A DNA stretch of 64,000 nucleotides from Vicugna vicugna (GCA_013265495.1 MU058781.1:7421009-7485008), one strand, 5' to 3'; positions 12,176 through 25,270 are shown, numbered from the stretch's first letter. Made by a program: numbers and translations. The notes: generated by a model from the sequence alone, not told the origin.

Positions 12176-14929
12176 AGTATGATGCTAAAACAGAAGTAAA
12201 AGATGTGAAGAGCTGAAATCTTTGCCCTGCACTTTGCCCTACTTTGTTGCTCTCCTAAACAACCCTCTAGCTTGATCTTCTGGCTCCTCTCATTTTAACC
12301 CCATTGTTAGCCTTTGCATCTTGATTTATCTGTTTGTTTTTATTTTAATGTTACCCTTAACTCCTGGGTCTGTACAAAATTACCGTCTTCACCTGGGATC
12401 AGTCGTGTTTGGAACGATTTCACCTCCCTTCTATGCGTTCCTGGAGGACATCCTGGATTCCCTATGCCTGCTTCCTTCATGGGACCAGCCCCTGCAGATA
12501 GCTTTCTGACGAGTTAAACTGCATTAAGAGTGAGAAACTCATGTGTCCCTTTACTTATTTACAATAGGAGAATTGTTGCAAGTTGAGCCCACCCACTCCC
12601 ATTTATGAGAAAGCCATTCCCTCCTGTAGTGCCTCAGCTGAAACTGCCATCTGCTCCCTGCCACTCAGAGTTGGTGTCTTGGCATACATATTTTACAAGG
12701 TTACTGGCCCTTAGTCCAACAGAGCAATAACTTTAACAGATGAATTCCTTAAGTTTGGGACCTTGGGTTATATAAAATTAAATGAGTTCCCTGGTGTTAT
12801 CAGTTCTAGAAATCCAAAGCTTTGTTGTATTTACATAAAATGAAGGTTCATTAAATTTTATCCTCCTTGTACTCTATCCCCAAAATGGTATTATACATTT
12901 TCTTCTCCTGGAGTTCTTAATGATCCAAAATATACTTTACTGATAGTATTCTGAAATACAGAATTGCTGCCCTAACTATAGACTTTTTTTCCCACTAAAG
13001 ATCTAGCTGCTGCTGTTTGTAGATTTGTCTTGAAATCTGTGCATGTAAAATATTAAACACTAAATGCTGAGACATGGTGGATAAAAGTACTTACGTCTCT
13101 CTGCCTGCATGTCAGGGGAGAGGACTAGCTTAGGAAATATTCATGAGAAAGTAAAAGACTGTAGGCAAAGCAGGGCTCAGATGCTCCTTAAATGTCAAGT
13201 CAGAATCAACAATAGCATTGAGACTTTATCGTAGTGGGGATGGAGTATGAGACTTGGACACTCTCCAGTATGGCCTTTAGAGGGGAATGAATGGGGGAGG
13301 AATTGATGTGGACCTGTCAATAAAGCATATGGATGATTCTGAGTTCAAGACTAGTAATTGCTAGACACCTGAGAGTAGATCTCTGACAGACGTCAAAATA
13401 GAGTATCTTCTAGAGATCTCACTGAAGAATATATACGAGCCACAGCTGCCCTCTAGGAGCTTACCTTTGATTCAGAAAGTGTCCCTAGTTTCACTGGCCT
13501 GTGAGAGACAGGTCCTCACAAGAGTAGGTTGAGTAAATTTCAGGGTACCAGTAAACTACCCCATCAACTGAAAGTCTCCAGGGGAGTAAGAATGCCTCTA
13601 AAATGGCACCTAAAAGTCATGATAGCTTGAAACTGTAGGAAGCTATTTTTACCTCAGAGGTTTCTGAGCATTGGTTGGGGGAGGAAGAGAAACACCTAAC
13701 CATCTGTTTCTTGAACTAAGAAAATGATTTAGAATAGGTGAGGAGTAACTACAAAGCATTTATTTAAAAAAACAGCATTGGTTTGCTGGGTCTGATCATG
13801 ACAATCGGTTGGAGACTTGGAAAGTCTGGGAGCCACAGGAGCAGGTTGATAGTGATGTGCCTGTTGGCATCTTGAATCAGGATCCAAACATATGATTGGC
13901 TTTGGACTGTTTCCTTATTAAAAGAAAGCAAAAGGACACCATCTTACTAGCAGTCACCTACAGGTCTGTAAGACTGCCACCACCAAACGCTATAGCTTCT
14001 CATCTCAGTACTCCTAGGTCCAGTCCCCCTTCTCTATAGAGCCTCTCCTGACAGACCTCAGCCTCTGTGAACTCTATCCATTGTGTAGACACTGACACTT
14101 ATTCTATCATGTATGTATAGATAACTTACAAGTTGACTATAATCTCATGAAATGAGAGGCAGCATTTCTCAGCCTTTAATTCTCCAACATTACCTCTTAG
14201 TCTGCCTTATAATAAATAGTAGGTTCTTAAAAAATACACTGGTGGCAGACTGATAAAATAATGCTTAATAAGTACACTTGTTGTTAGGCTGATCCTGACA
14301 TTTGTATTCTAGAATATTCTCAGCTAGTGAAGTCAGGCCATTTTGGCTATTAACATTGCTTGATTATCTGTTTGTCAATTGCTGACATTGTGTCAGGCAT
14401 GTGACCTGTATATGTATTTGTTTTTTTAGGTGTTCTGTAATCTGTTCTTTCACCTACATACATGCATTGAATTACTGAGCAAAATGGATGCTTTCCTCAA
14501 AGGCCCCCTCTGTGAATGAATGTTCAATGAATAAATGCAGGAAAAAATGAATGGATCATTGAATTAATTGATGACCTTCTGTCTCTCAAACCTTTCTCAT
14601 CTTTGGAACTGAGTCTTCCACTCTCTAGGCTGAGCCTTATGCCACACTTTGTTATTGAGGACACAGAATATGAAGGAATCATGTTAGGAGATCTAGCTTA
14701 GTATCAAGCTAGTCCTTCTGTTGGTCATAATCCGAACTTGTGGCCCTGTTTTTTAGTAACAGGGCCACATCTCTGTGATGAATTCTCTGTTCAATGTTAT
14801 GTTCCCAACCTAGTTTCCTATCTTTAAGGCACCCAGCATCCAGCCAGTGCCAGTTTGTCTGCTGCTTTTCTTGATGCTCCTCAGCAGAATCTGTATCACT
14901 TCTCGAATTTCCCGTGTTCCTTCACTTTT

Positions 14930-15230
14930 GGTTCCCCCTCTTTGAAACAGTTTTCCCTTTCCTTTTTCCCTTGCTTAACTTTTATTCAGTCTTGAGGTTT
15001 CAGCTTAGATATTACTTCCTCTTCTAAGCTTCTTATGCTAAATTTTCTGGTAAATTCCCAAGGTACCACACACTTTCCTTATCAAACAATATCACACTGG
15101 ATCTGAATACCTCATTCATTTTCTATATTCCCCATTAGATGCTAAGTTTCATGAGGGCTGAGAACAACAACAGTCTTCTGCGCCATTTTATCCTCAATGA
15201 TCAATATCCTTTTAAGTAAGAATGAGTGTA
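14930..15230 (+). mobile_element. L2 3' fragment
   Basis: 'tttcagcttagatattacttcct', 'cccattagatgctaagtttcatgagggc'. Confidence 0.6.
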
Positions 15231-15370
15231 TGAGGGGACGGATGGGTATCAGTCTCTTCTACGTAGAACTCCTGATTACATTTTGGATTCCTGAGATAAT
15301 ATGTAATCCAGCTGTGGTCCAACATGAGGAAATGTGTCTGGTTTCCTTTGTAGACTTTTGGAAGGTTAGG

Positions 15371-15450
<80 letters not shown>

Positions 15451-15453
15451 ACA
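15371..15453. repeat. Compound (TC)n(CA)n microsatellite
   Basis: Directly visible. Confidence 0.98.
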
Positions 15454-17124
15454 GAGAAATAGAGACAGAAATCGATAGGAATGGGTGTCAAGAACCCAAG
15501 GAAAGGCTTACCTTACTTAAAGGAAAATGTATTTTCTACAATTATTCTTGGTAAACTGAATTGTTACTAAACTAAACTAAATAAAGCTACTTAAAATCAA
15601 GGTTCATTGGACAGATCCATATAACATGGTGATTCCCACTTAAGCCCAAATGTCATCGTGTTTGTCTGCTTCCTCAGTGTGTGAAAAGCACTCAGAAAAT
15701 TCACAGGTTGTCGAATGACAAGGGATCACCTAGTTTGGGAAAATGTTCAGGTCCATAAATTGCAGAGATCTGCTTCTTTAATGAAACAAAAATCTACTTT
15801 CTTTGATTCGCAAATTTGGAACTTTGCAAAATGGATTTTCATGAGAGGCTTATTCATGACTTAGAAAAGGCTTGCTGAGTGAGTTGTTGGAGGTGATGAG
15901 GCTGCAAACAAAATAGATACGTGGACCAAGCAAGGACCCACTAGCCTCTGCGTCTTCTGAAATCACCGCAGAGAAGGGAAGCTCCAGTGGGCCAAACCAG
16001 TCATTCTTCCGCAGTGTTTATTTGGCTCTGGAACACACTGTTCTTGAAAACAGTCTGTTGTGACATCAGACTGTTAGGGCCTTGCGTTTGTGCAAAGGGG
16101 AGTGGGTTCCACAATGAAAGAGAATTGGAGCTTGACTCCTTAGAGAGCAGGGGCATGCCTCCATTTCAAAGGGCGGCCCTGTAAACAATGCGGAGTCAAC
16201 ACTGTTGGCAGCAGGCAGCGAGAGCCTGCGACAGATGCTGCTCTGCATATGGCCACCTTCTCAGCTTTCAGGAAAACAGGTTACTGAAGCCCACCTACCT
16301 GTCCTTCATCAGCTGGTGTGTATAGTACACATAAGCCCTTGGGAGGAAAGCAGAATATCGTGAAGGGGAAATGAACTGATGCTTTGTTCTCTGGGATGTT
16401 ATATGACTGTCACCTCCAGGATGATAGAAACGTCATGTTTCCCAAACACTTCTCACTTTGAAATGCATCCTTGGCTGTGCTGAGACCCTTAGAGCTCTGG
16501 CTGCGCTTTTTGACTTGTCATTCTGTTTTGTCATTATAAAAAGTGTGAACTTAGGAGCTTGGCTCTTTGGGAATTGGGGTTAAAGGCAGTGGCTGAGGTC
16601 ATCAGATTTGCTGAAAGCCAGTTCCTTTCCCCTCCTCTACGTTGGCTCAGAAAGAAAGCGCATGTCTAGGGTTAAAAGAGGGAGTTGTCCCCATCAAAGA
16701 CCATGACTCTGGGGCCCCTATGATTTACTGATTGGCAACTTTCCCCACTCTGACCACCTTTTATATCTCTGTTCCCTGAAAATAATGCGAGTCAAAAAAG
16801 GTGAGGGAAATTCATGATTCCATCTATATACAATTGAGATGAATTGAACATAGTATTTCATGTTACCCAACACTAATAACTTGGGTTTAAAGTATTAAAT
16901 TTGTTCTTTCTGTTTTCAGTTCTCTTAGTCTTTAGACCCTTCTCTGAGATTCCAGATCCTGCAGGGAAAGATCTGGTCAGTTTATGTGCTTTCATTCATA
17001 TTCATTCTCTCTCTCTCTCCCCCCCCCGCCTCCCTCCCTCCTTCAGCCCCTCTTCCCTCTAAGTCTGAGCCACTTTTAATCCCGTTTTAGCTTCTGGAGG
17101 AATAAAATGATGTCTCATTTAGGT

Positions 17125-17683
17125 ACTACAGAATTTGGAAGTTCTCAGGACCATCTTGACTTCTGGCATCAGTTACAAATTCAGGGATAATCAAGACCAC
17201 ATTCAGTTTCAATAGTTTGCTAGAAGGGCTCACAGAACTGACTCAGAATTATGGTTTACTACAGCAAAGGATTCAGGTTATAGTCAGCCAAGTGAAGAGG
17301 GGCGTAGGACAGGGCCCAGAGAGAGCTGCAAGCAAGCAGTTTCAGTTACCCTCTCTGAAGTTGTGTGGACAGTGTGTACTTGTCTCAGTAACAGTGTGTG
17401 ACAGTACACACCGAGTATTGACAACCGGGGAAGCTCACCCCACCCTTGGTGTCTAGAGCATCATGTATATATGGTTGGCCACCAGTGTGTCTGACCTCAG
17501 ACACCAGCCCCTTCAAAGGTTGGGCTGATAGTGTAAATCACATTTTCAGCCTGTACTGTCTGGTGTGTCCCGAGTTTTGAACACTCTTATCAGGCAGGAC
17601 ATTCAAAAACTTAGAGAGTCCCTCCTAGGAGCCAGCACAAAAGCCAGCCCTGTCTTTGGGCGAGAGCAGTCCTTTGCTGCATC
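17125..17683 (-). mobile_element. MER21/MER68/MER77-group ERVL solo LTR
   Basis: 'gctagaagggctcacagaact', 'accggggaagctcacc', 'acactcttatcaggcaggacattc...tctttgggcgag'. Confidence 0.8.
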
Positions 17684-17949
17684 AGTACCGTACGCCTCCA
17701 GTTAAAAATGTTTCTGGTCCTTTCCAACTGTTGGAATTTTTGTTGTTGTTATTTTTGTATTTTGTTTTTGTTTCTTAACCAGCAGAAACATTTTAGCTTG
17801 AGATAAATGAGGATTTCGGGTCTCCTTCTTGACAGCCTTGTTACTTGCTTCAGAAGGCAAGTCTCAGGCTGAATTCTGCCACACAAGTAGGCCTTTTTAG
17901 CAGGCAGGCAAGAAATAAGTTTTTAAAAGTTAGCAGAAACATTTTTTAA

Positions 17950-18061
17950 TGTTTTAACTTTATTTACTTATTTATTTTTTCTTAATGGAGGTACTGGGGA
18001 TTGAACCCAGGACCTCAGCTTGCCAAGCACATGCTCTACCACTGAGCTATACCCACATCTC
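17950..18061 (-). mobile_element. tRNA-derived camelid SINE (Vic-1-like) with TSD
   Basis: The minus strand reads gggtatagctcagtggtagagc...gaggtcctgggttcaatccccagtacctcc, with Pol III A and B boxes, followed by an A-rich tail. TSD tagcagaaacattttttaa (17931-17949) / tagtagaaacattttttaa (18062-18080). Confidence 0.88.
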
Positions 18062-18975
18062 TAGTAGAAACATTTTTTAAATTCCATAAAGTCTTGGCTC
18101 TCCCCTTTTCAGGCATTCTGCCAGCCTTGGGCAAAAGGTTCATTTGAGGCAGATATGAAAGTTCCAGCCTCATGATTGAGATAGGTAGTTCAGTAAAAGA
18201 ATCATTCTGAGTCTGAACATAGAACCCAGTGTCCTAGGCCCAGGGTGCCCTTTCCGAAGGTTGTAGGTCTCTATGGCCCTCAGATTCATACACTCTGTTC
18301 AACAAATGCAAAAGGTATATGATAATATATAGATGATATATAATATTCTGCCAATCTTGAACTCATTTCAGCAGTGGAGCATCATTTCTTATGCTAATTA
18401 TAAAACCCTTCAGCAATGGTAAAACCTTCAAGAGCGTTGATCCTGGTAGCTCTCTGGAGTGTAGATCCTTGATTATTCTTTCAAATGCTAACTGAACACG
18501 CCATAGTATGTATCCTAATGAGAATACATCCAATGTTAACCAATTGCCGCTAGGATATACACAAATGCTAGCCTGTGACTGTAACACATTGTGTATGCCA
18601 AAGTATTTTAAAGTACACTTTAGACAATATAAAAGGTCCTTCTAGAAAAGGCTGTTTTTTCAGCTTCTCTGATTTCAAATGTTCACCTGGATTTTCTGAC
18701 TTTTTCTTTATTCTTTTTTTTTTTTTTTAATTTGCCAGCTTTGTCATAAGACCCCTTGGCTCTTCACATTTCCTTTCTCTCTAGCACGTCACTGGTCCAA
18801 GTTGAGTTTTTCCTGCATAGGTTCTAGGTCACAGGTTAGAAAGTATCACTTATTCTGGCAAATCTTGTGGGTCATTCTGAAAGCACTTAAAGCATCCCAC
18901 ACTTGTATCTTCTCTATCCATTGAGAAAATTTGTATAAAATCCTACTCTTTGTCACAGACTTTTTATTTTAAAGA

Positions 18976-20341
18976 GAGTGGTTCTGAAAAAGTGGTCCAT
19001 AGAAACTTGCTGGCCCCTGAGACACATTCAGAGGGTCTGCAAGACTAAAACTATTTTCATAATAACTGGGATGTTATTTGTCTTTTACGTGGTATTGACA
19101 TTTTGCGGTAAAGGTGCAAAAGCAGTGGTGGGCAGAACTTCCAGCAGCTTAATAATCACGGCAGTGGCACTGAACTGAAGCGTGGCCACTCTCATCTTTC
19201 CAGTTTAAAAAAAGGGCCGGTTTCTCTTAAAATTTCTCTTGAAATAGTGAAACAATACAGTTTGTTAATTTTATTAGATCTTTACCCTCGAGTAAACATC
19301 TTTTTAATATTTCATATTTATATTGATGTACAAAGGCTGTCGTAAGGTTGAGTTATGAGCTGAACTGTTGACTTTTTGCAGAGAATACCATACCATTTTT
19401 CCTTGAAAGAATCTCTGATACACAAACTATGGTTGTTCAGAGTTGTATGTTTGACAAACATTTCTTTAAAAATGTCAGTTCAAGAAAACAAACGACTATA
19501 TTTATTGCCAAGGATAAAGTTGGAAATTTCAGGTGAAAATTTACATTTTTGAAAACTTGTATCTTCTCTGAGCTTGAAAACTTCCTGTTTCTTAAAGATT
19601 TTTCTGATGAGCTCAGTGATAACACGAAGGTGACTTTTTGACGTGGTGTAGTGAAATGTGTGAATATTTGGAAGATCAGTGTAACTCAGTAAACCAGTAT
19701 TTTCTAAAAAGTGCCAGTGTATAATGTTACAGAATTATGTGTTTTAAGGGGACCATTCAATGTGCAAGACAGACCCCAATCAATTTTAATGTAATAGAGT
19801 AAAAATGTTCTCTTAGACAATTTAATTTTCCATGTTGTAACAAAACTTAAAAAAAACTTCCACTTACTGAGTTTTGGTATAGTTTAAAGAAATAATATCC
19901 ACAGGCATCTGAAAAGAGCTTTGAAAATGCTTCTCCTTTTCTCAAATATGTATTGGTATGAAGTCAGATATTTTGCATATACTTCAGCAAGAGCTACCTT
20001 CAATGTGTTGAATACAGACCCCTATATAAAATTCATCTGCTTCTATTAAGCCAGACATCAAAGATATTCACAAAAATGTAATATATTGCCACTCTTCTCA
20101 CAGTTCTTTTCTTTAGGAAATACAATTTTTAAATAAAAATGTCATTTTCATTAAAATACAATGGGTTTATCATCATTCATTTTAAATAAATAAAGTTGGA
20201 ATTCAAAAAAAAATTTTAGATTTAATGTCTACTGTAGTAAAAAGTGACAAATGTAATTCATATAAATAAAAGTCTTTGGGGCGTAGATAATTTTGGGCAT
20301 GAATAGATAGGTATCCGGAAACCAAAATTTTGACGACACAG
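18976..20341 (+). mobile_element. Charlie1a-like hAT DNA transposon fossil (~1.37 kb)
   Basis: Left end 'gagtggttctgaaaaagtggtcc', then 'aaaactattttcataataa'; right end 'accaaaattttgacgacacag'. The ORF at 18978 carries LTFCGKGAKAVVGRTS, a decayed match to the hAT transposase DICTDGAKAMVGKT motif. Confidence 0.85.
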
Positions 20342-20851
20342 TTTTGGAAGAAGAAAAGTGTTAGTGGTACTTCTCCACACAACCGTTAAGAGTAGAGAGA
20401 GGTGAGTTTTCTTACAAGTTGACTGTGATTTCATAGACTGAGCGTCAGTATATTCTGAAGAGGAACAGCAGAGAAGGATGATTGAAAAGCGCAGAAGGGA
20501 TCTTGAAGACTTTTAAAAATGTATTGTCTTTGTCCTTACATATTGCCATTTTGGGGGTAGGAATTGAGTGTTTACTTATAAAGTGATTTATTCCAAAGTG
20601 TATACAAATTTGAATCCAATGAGTGTCATCTTTAACTAGCACGGATGTTTCTACATTTTTCCTACTCCTGAACATAAGACCCAGCATACTTTGTCTCTCT
20701 GTTGAGTATTTCTGCCACTGTGTTTTACTTTAAATTTTGTTTTAATTTTTAACATACAATATTAGTTACTTTTTAAAAATAGGCATTAAAGTAACTGGTA
20801 CATTTGATAAATTTCTGTGCTCACCATCCTTCATCTCTTAGGGTTCAAATT

Positions 20852-21150
20852 TCTTTTTTATTGAAGTATAATGACATATAGCATAGTAGTTTCAGGTGTA
20901 CAGTATAATGATTCAATATTTGTGTATGTTACAGAATGATCACCACAGTAAGTCTGGTTAACATCCATCACCTTGTACAGTTACAATTTATTTTTTTCTC
21001 ATGATGAGATAGTTAAGATCCACTCTCTTAGCAACTTTCAAATATATGATACAGTACTACTAACTATCATCACCTTGCCCTACATGACATTCCCATGGTT
21101 TGTTTATTTTCTAACTGGCAGTTTGTACCTTTTGTTCCTCTTCATCCATT
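20852..21150 (-). mobile_element. 5'-truncated L1 3' end (L1MA9-like)
   Basis: 'tattgaagtata...tttcaggtgtacagtataatgattc...aagatccactctcttagcaactttcaa'. Confidence 0.85.
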
Positions 21151-21562
21151 ACATTTCTTCTTGATGAGGTAGCATATTCTTTAATAATTCTTTCAGACAG
21201 GTTGACTGTGGATGATAAACTCTAAGTCTTCGTATGCTTTATAAGTGAATGATAATTTAGTTTACATTTTATCTTCACAGTTTCACTTATTGTGCTATCT
21301 TCTACCTGATGTAACTAATATTTCCTGGTAGACAATCTGTTTTCTCTTGGATCTGAATGTAGGCCATCCAGGCACAGTAGCAGAATTTTTAAAAAGATGT
21401 ATCTGGGGCAGGTGATACATCCAAATCCTACTGTGTAGACAGATGTCAGTTTTGCTTCTGAATTAGTCTTATATCCTTGGGGCTGTCACTGTTCCCAACC
21501 CGTAAGAGATAGTCAATGTAATTGTTTGTTATTGTTTGTTTTATTTATTTTTTAGTAATGGA

Positions 21563-21592
21563 AGAATGAATGAATGAATGAATGAATGAACG
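21563..21592. repeat. (GAAT)n microsatellite, probably an L2 tail
   Basis: Directly visible. Confidence 0.9.
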
Positions 21593-22027
21593 AATCTTGC
21601 CAACTCTGGGCAATTATAAACTTCAAACTGCTTGATAGTGGAGATGTTGCTGAAGGATGTTAATTTGAGAGTCTAGACTCTAAAGCTTTGATCACAGAGA
21701 CAAACTGAGAAGTCAGTTTGGTGGTTAAGATTGGTAGAAATCTCATGTCTCATTCTGTTTTGCAAGGGCTCAGTCCTTGCTAAATTGTGCTGGCTGGGCT
21801 GGAGCAGGCTTCTGACCTCCAGTGGTGAGAAATGGTGTGATTATAGGGGCTGGGAATATTTCAGGACTCAGAGTCAAGGCTTGAGTGAAAAGCAAGAATT
21901 CAGAAACAGACAAGATCAGAACCTGTCAGTCAATGAAACAAGCTGATGTGAGAGAAAAGGGTCTTAATCAAAATAAGGGTGCATGATGTGGTTACAGGCC
22001 ACCTGCTTCAACTACAATGTCAGGTCA

Positions 22028-22070
22028 GATACCATGGTGAGTTTGCTCTGATACCATGATAAGTTACTCT
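22028..22070. repeat. ~22-bp imperfect tandem duplication
   Basis: gataccatggtgagtttgctct / gataccatgataagttactct. Confidence 0.8.
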
Positions 22071-22317
22071 GCAAACTGCATTTACATTTGAAAAAAAATT
22101 TATTCTTATGTCATTTCTCTAAAAATAAACTTGTGTGTAGGTGGTCAACACCAGATGTTGGTAAAGTCCTATTATCTGATTTTGCTTGTTAATCCCACAC
22201 CCTCATTCTGGTAACCTGCTCTGAGTACTCTGTAGGGAATATTGTTTGGGTTAGCAATGATCTTTAAAATATCTTTTAACTACTGGAGATAGGTAGGCTA
22301 TTATATCTACTTCTTAA

Positions 22318-22347
22318 CGCGCGCGCACACACACGCGCACGCACACA
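22318..22347. repeat. (CG)n/(CA)n alternating purine-pyrimidine tract
   Basis: cgcgcgcgcacacacacgcgcacgcacaca. Confidence 0.95.
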
Positions 22348-23275
22348 TCCCTAAGCTGACCCCCACACACATATACTTACCTACGCTCACATACGTACTT
22401 AAGGAGAAGTCTAGAAACATGTATTGTCACATGTGGAAACTCAAAGCAAAATCTTTGAGGTTAATGAACTAAAATTTTGTCTGGCATCCACCTCCACCCC
22501 TCGGGACAAAAAAGGTTTATCAGGTTTGGAGACATGAAAGAATGCCCTTCCTCCCTTTCCTCTTAATGTGGGTTAAGTGCTGCATTGTCATCTTCTTGGT
22601 TTCTTTGTATGACTGAATCCTGTTTCACTCCTTGCCTATGTTGTTTATCTCTGAGCTTTTCCCTGTTGTCAAGCTCCTTTTCCTCACTCCATTGTTGCAA
22701 AAAAAAACAGTGTCATTCTTTCACAGCATTTGTGTTTGTAGTTGTCTTTGACCCTGCTCTGAGTACTAGGGTCAAAATTTGGTTCTAGCCTGGAGGTGGT
22801 AATGTAGAATTTGCCTTTAAATCCCTCACCGGGAGAACCTTGGTTTCTCTGAGAAGCTGACCAACCCAGCTCCCATCTCACACCTGCTTCCAGCTGCCAC
22901 ATTTCATGAGCCTGCTGTGCTAAAACACATTCAGGTGGTAGGCACTGACAATTTTACATAATCCCAGAAGTCAGGGAAGCTGGATCAAGGGAAAGTTTAC
23001 CCTGTGGAAATCAAGCTGAAGAAAAGGTGAAAGAATTCAGCTGTTAGCAATTTTGAGTTCTCCATCTGAAGGAGCTGAGAAAGCCTGCCTCTGTGAGTCT
23101 AAGCCAGAGTATTAGATGTCGTCTGTGTTCTACATGGTTGGGAATGTGGTTAAAATTTATAGGCAACACTACAGAAAAACAGCACTATTTCTCAAAAACT
23201 GGAGTCCAGTTGTTAAGTCAGTTTAAAACTGCAATCAGGGCATTTTCTTCTCACTTTCCCCTCCTCTTCTTCCAG

Positions 23276-23495
23276 GACAGTATGTGGATGGGGAGTGAGA
23301 AGTTCCGTGGCAACAAGGAGGAAGTACCTGCTTTGTAGACACTCCTTGTGTCCTGTGGCCTCTGCTGAGACACCTCCTTTCTCGGGGGCCATGGCTATCA
23401 GGCCGTCTCCGGTGCACTCCCGTCGCTGGAGCACCTTGTTTCTCCTGCCCAGGTGCACTGTCACTGCTCCTGCTGCTGAGCCACCTGCTGACCAG
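23276..23495 (+). other. Candidate 220-nt exon containing a Kozak ATG (23391) open to the donor
   Basis: Long polypyrimidine tract 'ttttcttctcactttcccctcctcttcttccag|G'; donor CAG|gtaggt. Locally GC/CpG-richer than the flanks. GCCATGG starts 35 codons (MAIRPSPVHSRRWSTLFLLPRCTVTAPAAEPPADQ) ending in phase 0. Confidence 0.6.
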
Positions 23496-24729
23496 GTAGG
23501 TGCTCTGTCTCAGTTCTCATGCACTCTCTGAAGCTCAGCGACGTTGTCTGGATGTGAACTGAGCATCCCGCGTCGTTTGTTGTAAGAGCCTCCTGCCCTT
23601 TCCCTATGGTGAATGTCTGGCAGGAAATTATTAACTGTGTAGACCAACACCACACCTTAAATTTAAGGATTCCAAGTTCCTAATAGCCCTTGGTGATTCA
23701 GTGTGACTTTAAATATTTTCTGTTGAAATGTGTTTTAGTTGTTTATGATTTGGTTACTTACTTATTTTTTAAATAATGGCAATAACGTTGAAGGATCCTG
23801 CACATATGTCTAGAAGAAAAGTTAATTTCTGACAAACTTGGTCCTTTGTAGTAAGTTCTCCCATGACCAGTTGTATAAAATAACTCATCTCAGTGGTGAT
23901 GTAATCAAAGGAGATGTGGTTCAAGTAACTAAAGCAAATATTGGTGAGGAGATTTAGAATTTTTGGAAGTTAGCCATCTGCGTGGTGTCCTCAAAACCTG
24001 CGAAGTGTAGGGTTTCATAACAGGGCTCTACTGTCTCCTTTTGTCAGATGCCCCAGTAAACTGCAGAAACAGCTACCTCTTTTGGTTTGATAATGTTGGT
24101 CTTTAATTTTAACAGTGTTCAGGAAAGATGTAAGGTGAATTGGGGAGAAATTACAACGTGTACTGAGAGAACTATCTTCAGTAACTATAAATTACTCTAA
24201 GTGTGTGTGTGCATATGTTAGCTTTTTAGGGAAATAAAGTGCTGCTATTTCTTTCCTTGCCGGAGGACAGAAAAATAGGAAATGTGTTTGAAGTCATGAA
24301 AGTTTACGGCTGTGAATCTAAGGGTATATTTCCATTTCTAAGTGAAGAAGGAACATGTTCATTGCATTAGAAACTTCTAAGGCAAGAGCCAGTTCAGGAC
24401 TAGAGTTGTGACTGTAAGTAACATTTGTATCACAACACAGAGTTTATAAACCACTGCTTCATTTCATCCTCACAATGTTCTGGGGTAGAGTTACGTTCTT
24501 CCTTATATCCTAGTGAACCCAGATGTTAAGTTACTTTCACCAGGTAAGTCAACTACGAAATAAAGCCGAGATTTGCGTTTTATAATAGTTGTTTTACAGA
24601 CCAATTCCCTAATAATAGATCTTCAGGACCATTTATGTATATTATTTTATCCAGTATTTTTAAAACATGGAAGTGGTGTCACCTCTGTAATACAACTTAG
24701 TTATTAACGCAGACTTATTTGCTTTAACT

Positions 24730-25270
24730 CTTGATCAGGAAACTTTCAAATCTGTAGGAAAGTAAAGAGAACAGTATAATGAACAGCCATGTATTCATCA
24801 CCTAAATTTAATCATTTGCATCTTTCAACATATTTATATTTTTTTGCTGAAATATCTAATATACTATCCCTAAGTACTTTAGAAGGTATTCTCCACAAAT
24901 AGATACTTTTTTAACCATCTGCTTAGCCATTATATTATCACCCCTAAGTCTTTAATATTAACTATTCCATCCATATTCAAATTTCCCCCGTTAGCCTTTA
25001 AAGGCATTTTAACGTTGGTGTGTTCAAAGTGGGGTCCGGTGAAGATCCACACATTACCTTTGGTTATTGTCTCTTAGTAGCTTTTCATCAGGACTTGAAG
25101 CACCCACCCTCCTCTCCCTTTCCCCCGTGCCATGTACCTGTTGAGTAGAACCAGCTGGTTTTCCTGTAGAAAGTTCTGCCGTCTAGATTTTTTGGACCGC
25201 TTCCTGGTTTAACTTGTTCCTCTCATAGTTTCTGTTCCTGTTAACTGGAAATTAGATCTACAGTTTGGAT
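24730..25270 (-). mobile_element. L1MC4/5-type 3' fragment
   Basis: 'aaagagaacagtataatgaac', 'ccatattcaaatttcccc', 'gtttaacttgttcctc...aactggaaattagatct'. Confidence 0.7.

Noticed and set aside
15197..15478. ORFs with SL/HT/CV/ER repeats
   Set aside because: Translation of the (TC)n(CA)n microsatellite.
17985..18055. tRNA gene
   Set aside because: It has A and B boxes but no proper acceptor stem, and it carries an A-rich tail and a TSD, so it is a SINE.
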